Shown piece after piece: positions 13,845 through 27,499 of a stretch of DNA of 64,000 nt (its first letter is position 1; every line of letters begins with the position of its first letter). The translations under genes and the position numbers were made by a program. Source of the stretch: the human T2T-CHM13v2.0 reference genome, Homo sapiens. The notes below the pieces were generated by a model, which saw only the letters and a program-made list of their open reading frames with translations, did no database searches and had not been told where the DNA came from. Location of the stretch: the NCBI RefSeq assembly GCF_009914755.1, contig NC_060930.1, one strand, 5' to 3'.

Positions 13845-15325
13845 GTCTTCAGGATATTTTCTTTATTTTTGATATATTATGCTTTGGACTATGTATATTG
13901 CTGAAACAAGAAAGGGTACAGAAGAAAGATGTGTCTGTGTGTGTGGGTTAATATTTTAAAATTGTATCTAATCTACTATAGTCATTTTGTCCATTTTTCC
14001 CCCATTTTACAATGCATTTAAATTATTTTTTTATCTTTGAAGGTAGCAAAGTACCATGTACAACACACCTGTTTATGTCTAGATTAAGGCCTACTGGAGT
14101 CCATTTTCTATTTTTAAAAATTCAGCTCATTTAGAAAAATAATATTCTTCCTAGGCACCATAAGTATGTGGCACATGTGTCTCAGCTTACTTACCTGGCC
14201 CTAAGGTGAGAAAACTAACACACACATAAAGTATCTAAGCTTATCACTGTCCATAACTTTTCTTCTTTCCTCCATTCACCCCTTCTCATTTCTTCTATCT
14301 TCTACTCTCATAATTTCCAAGGTAAACCTCTCTTTTTAAGTCACCCTAAAATTCCAATTCTTCTGGCCTACTTTCAGTATTCCCACTTAATTACTCAGTT
14401 TTATGCACTTTGTTCTCTTCTTATTCCAACTACATTTTCTCCCTTTTATTTAGCATAACTACAAGCCATGTAGACAGGAAGTTATCACTTATTGTTTTCT
14501 CCCTTGAGTCTCTACTCTGCCAAGTTTTCACCAGCAAACAAACGAGAAACACATGGCCAGTCTGTGAATAGAAACTAGAGGAGTGAGGACTAAGCCTTCA
14601 CAGTCAGGATGACTTTTCTGATCTGTTGGCAGAAGCAAGGCTGAGATTTCCTAAGCAAGAAGGCTCTATTTACAGTGAAAACTTGAGAGGTTTTACAAGC
14701 AAAAATAGGATCTTTATAGGCAGAGAGACAGCTTTAAAGCCCCAGGAGAAAATTCACAGCCATCCTTGAGGATATTTTTTCTTTCATTTAAAAAAAAATT
14801 ATTTCATGCCAAGTGTGTGACAGTGGAGCCATTTTATTTCACTTTTAGTTTTCTAAAAATGCATGATCTTTGTGTGTTGTTTGTAACCATACACTATTTT
14901 ATTTCAAGTCTGCTTCTGTCTCATGAAAGAGGTAAATAAGTATGGCAGATTTCTTCACATGTACTGTGGATTCTCCCCTTTCTTCCACTGCTGTTAAATC
15001 CTATTGTAAGTTTTTATGCAAGGGCTAGTTCTAGATTTCTCTAGCCTTTCCATTTGCATATTTCAGTATTTATATCTGGAGTAGTCTCTTAAAAAATCTC
15101 TACCACTATAGCTTTCACTTCATAGCCAGAGCAGACTGTTCATCTCTTACCTCTCCATTCGTCTTGCCCAGAACCCCTCATAGCCTGAACACTCTCACTC
15201 GCAGACCCCAGGCTGTTGTCATTGCTCAAGGTCAGGGCATGACCTTTAAGATCTCTCACATAGACAGGAAAATGTATACTCCTATGTAGATGATCATGTG
15301 TTCTGATCAGTCTGGGCCATTTAAA

Positions 15326-15385
15326 CATATATATATATTATATATATATATAATATATATATACACACACACATACACATATATG
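15326..15385 (+). repeat. (TA)n(CA)n compound microsatellite
   Basis: Seen directly. Confidence 0.9.
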
Positions 15386-15458
15386 AATAGAAACATTATA
15401 TATGTATACAATGTTTTGTTCTATTTTTTGAAGAATTTTATTTTTTAAATAGTTTTGA

Positions 15459-15793
<335 letters not shown>

Positions 15794-16664
15794 GTGTTTT
15801 GAAAATAAATATTTATGTCTACCACTATAATAAACCCTTCCAGTCAATAAATATTTTTAAAATTATATGATTTCAATATTTTTAGTGCCCCTCTGTTTAT
15901 CAGAAGTATCCTGTTTAATCAGTAAGCATAAAGTCACTCTACTTATAGTGAAATGCAAGTTAAAATTCGTCTGCAGAGTCTATTTGTAATGAGGCATCAG
16001 TTGCTGTATTTATTTTGCAGAATCAATGAATTGTTGTATGCCTATACTTGAAAAAGTAATTCAAACTCTTGCTTTAACTTTCTTACCTGTGAAGTGACAA
16101 ACAACAACAACAACGAAATAGAATCACTATTATAGAATTGTTACCAGGATCAAGTGATATATGAAAGTAAAACTGTCACATTCCAACTTCAGTATTCAGC
16201 TTTATACATTTTTTAGCATCTAGCTACTATAATAGAATTTTGGTGCTGGAGTGAAGAAACAATCCATCAGTATAACTCCTAGGCCATTACTCTCATCTTA
16301 AATACCTTTTTACTTTTATTACGGCCTATTTTTCTATTGCTTTCTGATTTATTCACATATGTATTTCCTTTAATTCCCATTTGTCACTCTTCTTTCCTTT
16401 CTGCCCCCAGAGAAATATTCTAAACTATGTGATGTGTATGTTTGTGCATTTTCTTTCAAAAGTTGCAGTGTTATTTTGTGTGCATATGACATAATTTACG
16501 TAAATGTTATTGTGCCACACATTTCACTCTCTTCCTGCGGGTTTCTGTCTCTTCAGCTGTAATAGTAGGACATTTAGTTCGGTTTCAAAACCCTAACTTT
16601 AGGACTCAGATTGGGCTGTTTGCTTCAGAATTATCTGGGGAGCTTTAGAAAAGTGCAGATTCCT

Positions 16665-16998
<334 letters not shown>

Positions 16999-18904
16999 TT
17001 AAAAAATTTAGAAATCCCAAGAACCGGGCGACCTCAAAGTTTTTACCTCATAGAAAACACTATGCTTCCCCTGTAATAACAGACGTTTCTTTTTTTTTGC
17101 CTTTTAAATTCTCTAATGATTCAGCAAGAAAATGAACTTTCTTATGAAAAACTTTAAAAGAAAAATTATATTGGCATGTTTATAAGTACTAGATTATAAT
17201 TATTTTTTCCTCATATAACTCCTAGTAAGTAAAAGGAAACACAACTGTTAAATATATATGGAGAGAGTGTATGTATATATACTATAATATAGTATATACT
17301 GTAACCTATCTAGTATATTAGCTTAGGATTTTTTTATTAGAATAAGTTATGAAATATTGGGTTTAGCTGTTAATCAAAATTGTCCCCATGTGCTTGTAAT
17401 GTTTACAATTGGGCCTGAGTGTTTACACATTCAGTATTCATAGACTTACTGAATCAGAAGGTGTATAACTTTTTCTGGTATGCTACTTCAGCTATTAAAA
17501 GTCCTTTCTCATTGAAAAAATACCATAGCCACCAACATGTACTTTCTTATGATTTCCTTTTTTAAAAAATTAAAGTGCCCTTTTCATAAAGATATTTTAA
17601 ATTATAGCAATTATTTATATTAGAACTATGTTTTTGCTAAAAAAGATGAAGCATTTACTTATAATACATTTTACCTTTATGATATGTCAACACAATATTT
17701 ACTGATCTTTTTTCTTAGCCTTTTTTCTAAGCAGCTGCTCTTGAGATTGTAGATTAAGAATAAAGAAGGAATATAACTTGTCTGAAATGAAAAAGGGGGA
17801 TGAGAGTGAGCAAATAGATGTATTTTCAGTTCAATTATTTGCGTTATTTCTGTCTTCTCTATGTAAAGAATCACTCCACTTATAATAAGGCAAGGGAGAA
17901 TCATCTATTAGAATAGTGAGGGAGCCTACCTAGCAAAATGTATTCTGAATGAGAAATACATATATAGGAAATAGGAGAAATGAAAAACAATAGCAATAGA
18001 GAGCTAACTCCTTTTGTTTCCCCATCATAGAGGATTAGGGGTTGGCATACCTAGTCTGGAACCTCTGGTGAGTTTTCATGGCGGTCTGATGTTGTGTGAA
18101 TGACATAGGAGGACAGAGAAAGGAAAGAAACTTTCATGTCCAGAGTGGGTAGGTGGGAGAGGCCCCTTCACAAGCTGGCTTTAGCCTGCTTCTTAGGCCA
18201 TGAGCATTCTTTTCTTAAACTCCTTGGATATTTCACCCTGTAAACATTGAAGTTTGACTTTCCTTGTTCATTTCTTCTTCTACTTATTTATTTTCAAATT
18301 TAGTACGTGTGTAACGTTTATATTGGTAACGTTATTGAGAGCATGTAAATTGGTATTATCATTGCATTGCTACTCAGAGAATTGACCTTGTAAATCTGCA
18401 GAAATCCAATAAAAACTAAAATATTAATATTATAGTCATATATTCAAGCATGGGTTGATTTTTTTTGGTAGCTCCTCTGAAATATTTTTTGCCAGAGGTT
18501 TCTTCTGATATTTTAACAAAGATCAATCAACAAGAGTTAATAGAGATTATGACTTATCTGGAGAAAGGAAAATCAGAAGTAATTCTAACCTTCCCCTACT
18601 GCTTCAAAGGCTGAGAGGGCTTTGAAATAACAATTTATTTTTCTAATATATGCTGTAAATATTTAAATCTAAAGATGTGAAAAATCTTTTATGAGTATAT
18701 GTTAAGAATAAAGGAACAGCTCTTTGAGATAAGCAGTCTACAATTGTACATAGCTTCAAAATTAGAAAAATGAACATTAAGTGATTTGGTTCAAGGTTAC
18801 CAAAACCTTGACTAATTTCTTACTAAAAACAAAAAGCATAGACTTTGCAACCTTTTTGTTCCAACATAAAGTCTAGGAACTCAGGAGTCTGGAAGTTGAC
18901 AAAA

Positions 18905-19330
18905 CACATTTATTCATTTCCTAAAGATGTATTGAATATCTGTTAGGTGCAAAGCACTGTGTTTGTGCTGGCCATGCACTGGAAAGCCAGCAGACAGAGA
19001 CATGGGGGCCTTTTCCAAGTCCTTATTTTCTACATAGGGAAAACAGAAATTAAAGAAGAAAAAAATTCAATACTTAGTGATAACTGTCACAACTGCCATG
19101 CAAAAGACATTTGGGCAGGTATGAGTATATATACCAGAGGTCCTGATCCAGTCTGATGAATCAGGAAAGACTTAATGAGAAAATGGTGTTGAATCTGAGG
19201 CCTGAAAAGAAGTGAAGGCTGGGAGTGGACTGGGCATTCCAGCTAGAGGGGGCAGCAAGCATAGACATACAGAAAAGGAACAGAGCAAACTTGAGAAAAC
19301 GAAAGCAGGCCAGAGCATTGAAGAAGCAAC
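18905..19330 (-). mobile_element. L2 3' fragment
   Basis: catttattcattt...gtattgaatatctgttaggtgcaaagcactgtg; tcaggaaagacttaatgagaaaatggtgttgaatctgag. Confidence 0.7.
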
Positions 19331-19499
19331 TGGAATCAGAAACTATAATGTGAAGTTAGCATCAATTAAGATTACTAGATAGCTTCCACCTTCCTGAACA
19401 TAATGAGTTATCTGAACTGGGGGGAAAAAGCAGGGAGTGAGTTGAGAAGTCACTGAAATTTTATAAGGAACATATTTAGAAAAAGTAGACAACATTCCA

Positions 19500-19900
19500 C
19501 TTACTTCACATGCAGCATTTTATTTAGATTTTAAAACAATCATAAAGTAGGGTTTATTTTTTCTTTTACATATGAAGAAACTGAGGCTCAGAAAGTATAT
19601 ATAATTTGTACAAAATTTTGCAGAACAGCTTAAAAGCTGATGCTTGATTAATTTTCTTTGAGATATCTCCCTAACGTCTATCAATAAAGCGGCATTACCA
19701 CTTTCACCATCACCACCACCCGGGAATCACGCACAGGCTTCCGTTTGGTCAAACCCAGCACCATATATGTAAATCAGGTCTAGAACTAATTGCTGAGGCC
19801 ATCTGACTTCCTTCAGTCTACAGATAAGAAAACTGAAGCCCAAAGATGCAAAGTGACATACCCAAGGCCATGGCATGAGTTACTGGCAGAGCCTGGGCTT
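19500..19900 (-). mobile_element. Two MIR fragments (~19500-19620, ~19770-19900)
   Basis: atgaagaaactgaggctcagaaag; acagataagaaaactgaagcccaaagatgcaaagtgacatacccaaggcca. Confidence 0.65.
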
Positions 19901-20560
19901 ATGAATTCCACAATGCTTTTCACATTTCATCTCCAGGCACCAACATTCTTTTGGCAGAACTTTCCACTTTGCAAAGGTTAGTGGCTAACAGAACCACTAA
20001 ACATCTAGTACTCTGACAAAATTGTACTGAGGTAGCCACATTTATTGAAAAAAGTCATCTTGAATTTTGGAGGCAAAAACATCCCTCAAACCTCTTCATT
20101 AATAATGTTTATGTTCTAACTTTATGTATGATTAGAAATCCGTGTGAATAAACCAGGTAATTTATTTTCAATCATCATAGAAATAAACAGCTTTGCTCTC
20201 AATTCTAAAACTTTTCTGACAAGTTTTTAAAGATAATGGAGATTAGATAGCTATCGAGATGATTAAAATATAAAATATTTGAGATTGTTGGAATTGGAAA
20301 AAAGACTTTATCAAATATAAAATGGGTTTTTAAAAATGTTTTAAGATTTTTCAGGAAGTCAAAACATGTACACTATTTGACGATGCCAAATTGTTTTCAA
20401 AACGAATGAATGTGTTTAATTCATTCACAAAGAAGCTTCTGTTCAAAATGACTAAATGCAAATTAATTTGACTTTTAACATTAAAAAATGAATGTCAATG
20501 AGCAGATATTTTAAGAGAAGTGGTTTTGCAAAATGAATTATCAATCATTTTTAGCTAGGT

Positions 20561-20579
20561 TCTCCACTAGAGGGCAAAA
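20561..20579 (+). promoter_or_regulatory. Candidate CTCF binding site
   Basis: tctCCACTAGAGGGCAaaa matches the CTCF core CCASYAGRKGGCR. Confidence 0.6.
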
Positions 20580-21134
20580 AGAGCATTTCAACAGAATACA
20601 TGCCTTAATGACAGGCTGGAATTTGAAACTGGGCATGCTTCTGTTTATCTAATTACCAGTCTTAAAGTGTACTTAATTAATCATAAAACAGTTGGCTTTT
20701 AAATTTTTTCCAGGAAACTGAGAACAATCAATTTCTTTTTCTTATTTCTCTTTTTGGCTTAATCTTAGTAGCAAGAACACCTGCCCCAAGCTCATGTGTT
20801 GTCTGCCATTGGACATATAGTATCTAGCTGGAATTTTTCATTGTAACATTTTTAAATAAAATCATTCAAGAAATTAGGAATTTGGTAATTGGAAAGAGAT
20901 GTATGGCTGCAGGTAGGCAGGATAACAGTTTTATACTTTGAGAAACATGATTTTTAAAGCTCTTGTAAAATAACATGCTGGCCTTTGGAATTTACTGACT
21001 ATGCTTGTATTTTATGGACAGAGAGAAAATAAACTGCCATCCATTTGCACCTTGTTCTGATGGAGACACTAAGGGATAATGAACTCTCTATTTCACCACA
21101 CACATCAGCCACCTGTCCCTTCTCCTTCGTGTGA

Positions 21135-21500
21135 TATGTTAAATCAGGTTCCTTAAAAGCAGATCCTGAGACAGCGGTTCAGATATTGGTGATTTATTGA
21201 GGGAGGGTTCTTCAGAAAAGCTTCCTGTAAAGAAGGGAGTGAATTCAAATTGAGAGGGGCAAAGAGCTGAGCAAATGTGACTTCAGTTCAAGGCCAGCCT
21301 TGACTTAATTCATAGGGAGAAGGCTCTAGAGAATAAATTGCAGAGTTATCCACACCTGATGCAAAGGAGCTACCCTTTTATGCCCTTTACCAGTCAGCCA
21401 TTGGCTGTGGGCACTAGGATGAGAGAGAGTCGAGTAACTCAGGGTTAGGACAATAGTCTTAGCTGAGTGAATGCGCAGTAGAAGGAGGCAGCTATGAGCC
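21135..21500. mobile_element. ERVL LTR (LTR33/LTR41-like)
   Basis: ggttccttaaaagcagatcctgagacagcggttcag...tgatttattgaggg; cagtcagccattggctgtggg. Confidence 0.5.
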
Positions 21501-22299
21501 ATGCATTATTAACCCTGAAATGTAATGAAAACCAGGATAGAAGCATTTTATCTTTGCAAATTGAGTTTTTAAAATATATATTTTGTCTACCTTTGAACAT
21601 AATTGCTTGTCTAACCTTCTTGAAAAGCTATTGTTTTTTTAAAAAAGTTTCTTTAGGTTGCACCACATGAAACTGCCATTATTCAATAGCTTTTTACCTA
21701 CACAAATATCAATTTTATCAGTTTCATATAGTTCAACCTAGTTGTCTCATTGCCGTAATGTATTTTGTGATCCTTTTACTTATCCCATGCAACAAAATCT
21801 ATTTTAATTATGTAATATTTGCACAGCCAAGGAGTCTCCTATTTTGAAACTTCAGGGCAAAATTTTTCTATGTTGCTTTATCTTGCTTAATGTGACCACT
21901 GTTTTACTCCTTTCACCAAAATATGAGCATAAAATTTTTTCAGATTGCTAAATTTGTTGAAGTTTACCGATGTGTGACTAATGAAAGCACAACTCAGACA
22001 TTTAACTTACAGCCATCAAATAATGATACTCATTCGCCTTCATATAAGCCATATGTTCCATAAGTTCTGTGAATCAAATGGAAATCTCTTTTGGGGAACA
22101 AGAATATGACTGTGAGGGTGGGCCCTTCCTCAGGTTTTATAAAAATATTTATTTAGCCACCATTAGACATCAAACACTTTCTTAGATTTATGAAGGCATT
22201 CAAATGAAGTGTAAGACCACGACTTGCTTTCAAAGCATTAGAAGTCCAACACTGGAAAATCTTAATACTTTGAGGCTCTATTTTTAGGAATATATGTTT

Positions 22300-23190
22300 A
22301 TGATAGTCATATTTTCTGGTTCATTGATTTTATTACCAGTATATAATATCTTTTTTTCTGTCCCTTATAGCATTTCTTCTTGAATTCCATTTTTAAGATA
22401 ATAAAATTACTATTTTTAGTTTGGTTCATATTGGAGAGACAAATCTTTTTCCTACTTTGGTTTTCAAATTTGTATGACTTTTATTTGTGTGTATGTCTCT
22501 TGTTGTCCAGATATTTTCTGATCTTGATTTTTTTATCTTGAGACATTTCTCTTAATACCTGAGATTATCTCGTTACATAACCTTAATTCTGCCATATTAT
22601 CACATTTTTCATAACTTATCTGTTATTTCTGCTTTTCAGTTTTTTATTGGAAAGGTGTAGTTTTAATTTACTGGTTTAAAATGTATTTAACCTTGTTTTG
22701 CTGTTGATGGTCCTTAACTTAAGGTCTGTATTCGTATTTATATCCTTGTATTGATATCTGTATCTTCTTCTAGTAAGACAAGTCCATTTGGTCCCTTCCA
22801 TTGCCTCCCATCACATAGATAGTGTTCAATTCTAGGTGTTTATTTCTGACATATTATGGTTATAGTTTCTCTCTTTTTCATAGTAATTCATGGTTTGTTC
22901 TGTTTTATTTTTACGGCAGCAACACACTTAATCAGATTGCTTTATTACCCTTTCTTCCCATATTTCCTGTAGCATCCTCCTGTATGTCTTTCTCTTTTTA
23001 TTTAAGTCCTTGACCCAAGAAAGTTTTTAAGACAGGTTTTTATTTAGCAAATATTCCAAGGCCTTGAATGCCTGAGAATATATTTTAATCATCCCATATT
23101 TGAATGAACTTTTAACAGTTTATAAAATCCCAGGTGATATCGTAGGCAAATTTGGCAGTACTATGAACATTTTTCTTCTCATTCTCAAAA
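22300..23190 (-). mobile_element. Ancient L1ME/HAL1 fragment
   Basis: T-rich; gtgtatgtctcttgttg; gcctgagaatatattttaatc...tttgaatgaac...tataaaatcccagg. Confidence 0.45.
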
Positions 23191-25675
23191 GATCTCACTC
23201 TGGGATGGCTGAAACTGACTGACAGTGGAGAGTTTTCTTTAAGGGCTTCTTAGCGATCAGTAAATACCTCATTTATTTTATCCTTTGAAGTTTGAATAAA
23301 AAACCATCATAGCTGTTAGTTTGTGGTTCTAGCAAGAACATAGCTGGAAGTAAAAGAAGACAGATTCTCCAGAAGGAAGATTTTAGACTCCATCAGTTGG
23401 CTCAGGAATGGCCACAATCTAAGACCAAGTTAGAGTGCCTGACAGGACCATATAGTCAGACCATGTAGGGCAAGAAGCGGAGGTGGAAGGAAAACACTGG
23501 GTGTACTGACAGTTTAAAGGCATTAAACATAAAGGAGATGGTAAAAGGGTCAGAAAAAGCTTACACAACTTTGAAGTGTAGTTTGAAATAATGCATAGGA
23601 AGGTGTGGGAATGGAGGAATGTGGCCCAATGCCAGGAAGATGGGTCTGGCAGGCACCATATAGAAAGAAGCCCTTCTGTTACCTATAGACATACAGTCCT
23701 TAGCTCATCTGCCTGCCAACCAACCACATACCCTCTCCCTCCTCAACCAACTCTTGGCCCCCACATCCTTAGTGATGCTCTTGGGGGTGTACTGCTAGAG
23801 GAGAGTGGAATGGGATCTGGTACGGGGTCTAAGGTGAGAGGGGATGGCTTGACCCTATCACAGTCATACCTATTTATTTTCTTAAATACTCTTCCAAATC
23901 CTTGCAACACATCAATTGACATCTGTTGATATTACACCTGGGATCTGGGATAGATTTCCTGCAACTTAGAGGTAACTGGTGGCAAATTAGGAAGACCTTG
24001 GATGGGATTAACGCAGGGGCAGGATTCCAAAAACATTTATGGAACTCGGGAGTATTAATACACAGCTGTTTATATTCTATTTTATGTCACACTGGGATAA
24101 GAGGTACAATATTCCTTATAATCTATAGAAGATAAAAAACAGAGAGAGAAAAATATTCCACCAATATTTTATTTTGTGAAGAAATAGACATTTGATTTAT
24201 GATTGTACTAGACTGGTATGATATTGAAAACAATTGAAAATGATGTTTTGCCTGTAGTACTAAGTAATGAAGTGTTCTCTTAAAGGATAGACAAAAAGAA
24301 CAACAAATATGCTTCCTTGTCAATTCCAATTTCGACTTCTGGAATTTGTTTTGAGAACTGAAATGGTGTTAGAATACATGTTTTACTCTGTTTTCATTAT
24401 AACCTGGGAGCTGTGCACTGAAAAAAGTGAATGGTGTAGTTAATCCCCTTAGGGAAGTGGTTTTCTAGTTGAGAAAGAAACAACTCTAGATGAAAAATGT
24501 AAGTCAACAATAGGATGTGGTATTTGTTTTTAAATAGGCTGGACATACAATAATGAGCAGACAAAAATTCCCTTACACTGATGTCTAGAAGGTGGTCTTT
24601 GGAAGAAGAAATTCTAACATGCCTTAAGTCTTTATCTCTTGGGATGGAAGAGGAAAGGCCAAGAATAAAAATAGCATAATTTAGGAGTTTTCCGTCATAT
24701 TTCAGATCTATTACAAAGATCAGGACAGAAAATTCCTATGTTTTCTTATTAGTATTCTTAGAATTGAGACTCCAATATAACAATATTAATGACCAATATT
24801 CAGTAGTGAGTGTTTGGTGGGCTTACGAAACAATTAACATGCATTTCAACAGAATATACCAACCAACATGTATTATCAAGTGAATATATAATAACCAAGG
24901 GAGTACACAAAAGAATGTAGTGAAACTTAATAGTTTGTAACAGTTCATACAAGGAATAAATAAGCAGAACTAAGAACCGATATTAAGGATTCCAGTTAAG
25001 ATTGGGGAGTTCATTTTACCATCCCCATCAGCATAACTTCTACCTCAGCTATGGCTCAGTGCAGGAGATGCCATAAAGAAGACCTTTATTTCTGAGGTAG
25101 CATCAGTTATCAATCAATAGATTTTTTTGCTTAAGCATCATGGAACCAATGAATTATCCAAGTAAAAGAGGAACTGAAACTCATCTATTTAGGGCCCAGA
25201 CTTTAAAGATGAAAACCTAAAGCCCAGACACAGAGTGATTTTCCCCAGGTCACAAAGGGAATTAATTAGATAGACAAACTTGGGAACCTTTGGGCATTAC
25301 CACAAATATATGCTCTACTTTTGAATTCTAAAAATAAATATTTAAATCCTAAAAATAAATATTAATAAATGTTGTAATATATTTTTGATATTTGGCCTAA
25401 TACAGATTAAATCTTTAAGACATATAGCCAATTCTTTTTTTTTGATATGAGAGGCATAGTTCTATCGAGAGGAGCTTTTTCCACATAGCATGTATTATCC
25501 ACAGACCTCAATAAAGAAAAAACTCAGAGTATTGCCTATGTTTTATTCCAGGGTATAGAATTGTGAGCAGTAAAACCAATCAACTAGTGTTTGGTGCACA
25601 ACTGCTAGGATACGATGAGACCTATTCTCAAGCAGCTTGCAGTCTTTTGGGGAAATGTCTTTGGGGAAATGAGGA

Positions 25676-25734
<59 letters not shown>

Positions 25735-25772
25735 TATATATACACATGTATACACGTGTGTGTATATATATG
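25676..25772 (+). repeat. (CA)n(TA)n(CA)n compound microsatellite at an L1 tail
   Basis: Seen directly. Confidence 0.95.
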
Positions 25773-26539
25773 TTTATTTACTTTTATTTTAAGTTTGGGG
25801 GTCCATTTGCAGGTTTGTTACATAGGTAAATGTACGTTAAGGGGATTTGTCATACAGATTATTTCCTTAGCCAGGTATTAAGCCTAGTATTCATTAGTTG
25901 TTTTTCCTGACTGTCTTCATCCTCCCACCCTCCACCCTCTGACAGGCCCCAGTGTCTGTTCCCTTTTATGTGTCCATGTGCTCTCATCATTTAGCTCCCA
26001 CTTACAAGTGAGAACATGCAGTATTTGGTTGTCTGTTCCTGTGTTATTTCACTAAGGATGATGCGTCCAACAATCACATGATAAAAAGCCCAGCATCACT
26101 GATCATTACAGAAATGCAAATCAAAACCACAATGAGATACCATCTCATACCAGTCAGAATGGGTATTATTAAAAAGTCAAAAAATAACAGATGCTGGCGA
26201 GGTCATGGAGAAAAAGAAACACTTATACACTGTTGGTGGGAGTGCAAATTAGTTCGACCATGTGGAAGACAGTGTGGAAATTCCTCAAAGACCTAGAGAC
26301 ACAAATATCTTTTGACCCAGTAACCTTATTACTGGGTATTTACCCAAAGGAATATAAATCATTCTATTATAAAGACACATGCATGTGTATGATCACTGCA
26401 GCACTATTCACAATAGCAAAGACATGGAATTAACCCAAATGCCCATCAATGATAGACTGGATGAAGAAAATGTGGTACAGATACACCATGGAATACTACA
26501 CAGTCATAAAAAGGAATGAGATCATGTCCTTTGCAGGAA
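25773..26539 (-). mobile_element. L1PA (about PA13-15) with 5' inversion: 25773-26069 on minus, 26067-26539 on plus
   Basis: Minus piece is the L1 3'UTR/ORF2 end; plus piece is the immediately upstream ORF2 segment (ORF 26078 [17 protein letters not shown]...). Confidence 0.88.
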
Positions 26540-26639
26540 AACTCATATTTAACAGTGTTCATTCATTTAATAAGCACTTTCAAGGGCTTACAGATGACAC
26601 TGAAGTGAAGTTGATGCATACAAATTCCTCATAGTAATT

Positions 26640-27080
26640 CTCTGTCCTCAGTTTCTGACATCTCTCTCACTCATTTTACCCATCCACCTGAATTTTCTCC
26701 CTATTTTTCAACCAGCCCAATTGTGAGTAATTTCTTCTCAGGGACTAATTCCATATTCACTCATCATGCTTCTTATTCCTATGAGGTAGCATCCCTGAAA
26801 TTTCAGCCTCTGGGAAAAATATGCCTTCATCCTTTTAGTTTAGGTTAGATTCATCTATTATGAACCCTGATAAGACTCAATACTTTTACTTCCTAACACA
26901 TTATTTTGTGTTTGGACTTATATATTCCTGATTATATAATTACTATCTGTCTCTCCTGCTAGACTGTAGTCTTCAAGGCAGGTGACAACGTCTGTTCACT
27001 GATTGTTATATCCTTAACATCTAGCCAAGTGCCTGACCTATTAGCAGGTACTTAATAATCAAATATGTGGTAAATGATCT
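26640..27080 (+). mobile_element. L2 3' fragment
   Basis: tctgtctctcctgctagactgtagtcttcaaggcagg...catctagccaagtgcctgacctattagcaggtacttaata. Confidence 0.7.
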
Positions 27081-27214
27081 AACTATACAACTCCAGCGTA
27101 TCTGAATTGATTAGGACATTTTGAGTATAGTTAATTTTAGTTGGAATAGATAAATATTTGAAACAAATTCATTTCATCAATTTATACAAAGATATTGGCA
27201 ATGACTTTACTATT

Positions 27215-27340
27215 CAACCTGTGGTAGCATCAGCACCAGCTGACAGCCTGTCATAAATGCAGAATCTCAGGCCCCTCTCCACAACTACCCTGCCAGAATC
27301 TGAAATTTACAAGATTTCCTGGGTTCCTCTAGCACATTGT
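27215..27340. mobile_element. MER5A-like hAT-Charlie fragment
   Basis: agcatcagcaccagctg...aaatgcagaatctcaggccc...agaatctgaaatttacaagat. Confidence 0.65.
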
Positions 27341-27499
27341 GATATGTTGTAAATCAGGGATTAAAAACACAAATACTTTATTGGGCTAGGCATATCTCCA
27401 AAGTGAATGAAACAAGCCATATATATATATATATATATATCTGTCTCTCCATATGAGACAGATAATAATTATATAATCAGGAATATATAGGTACAAACA

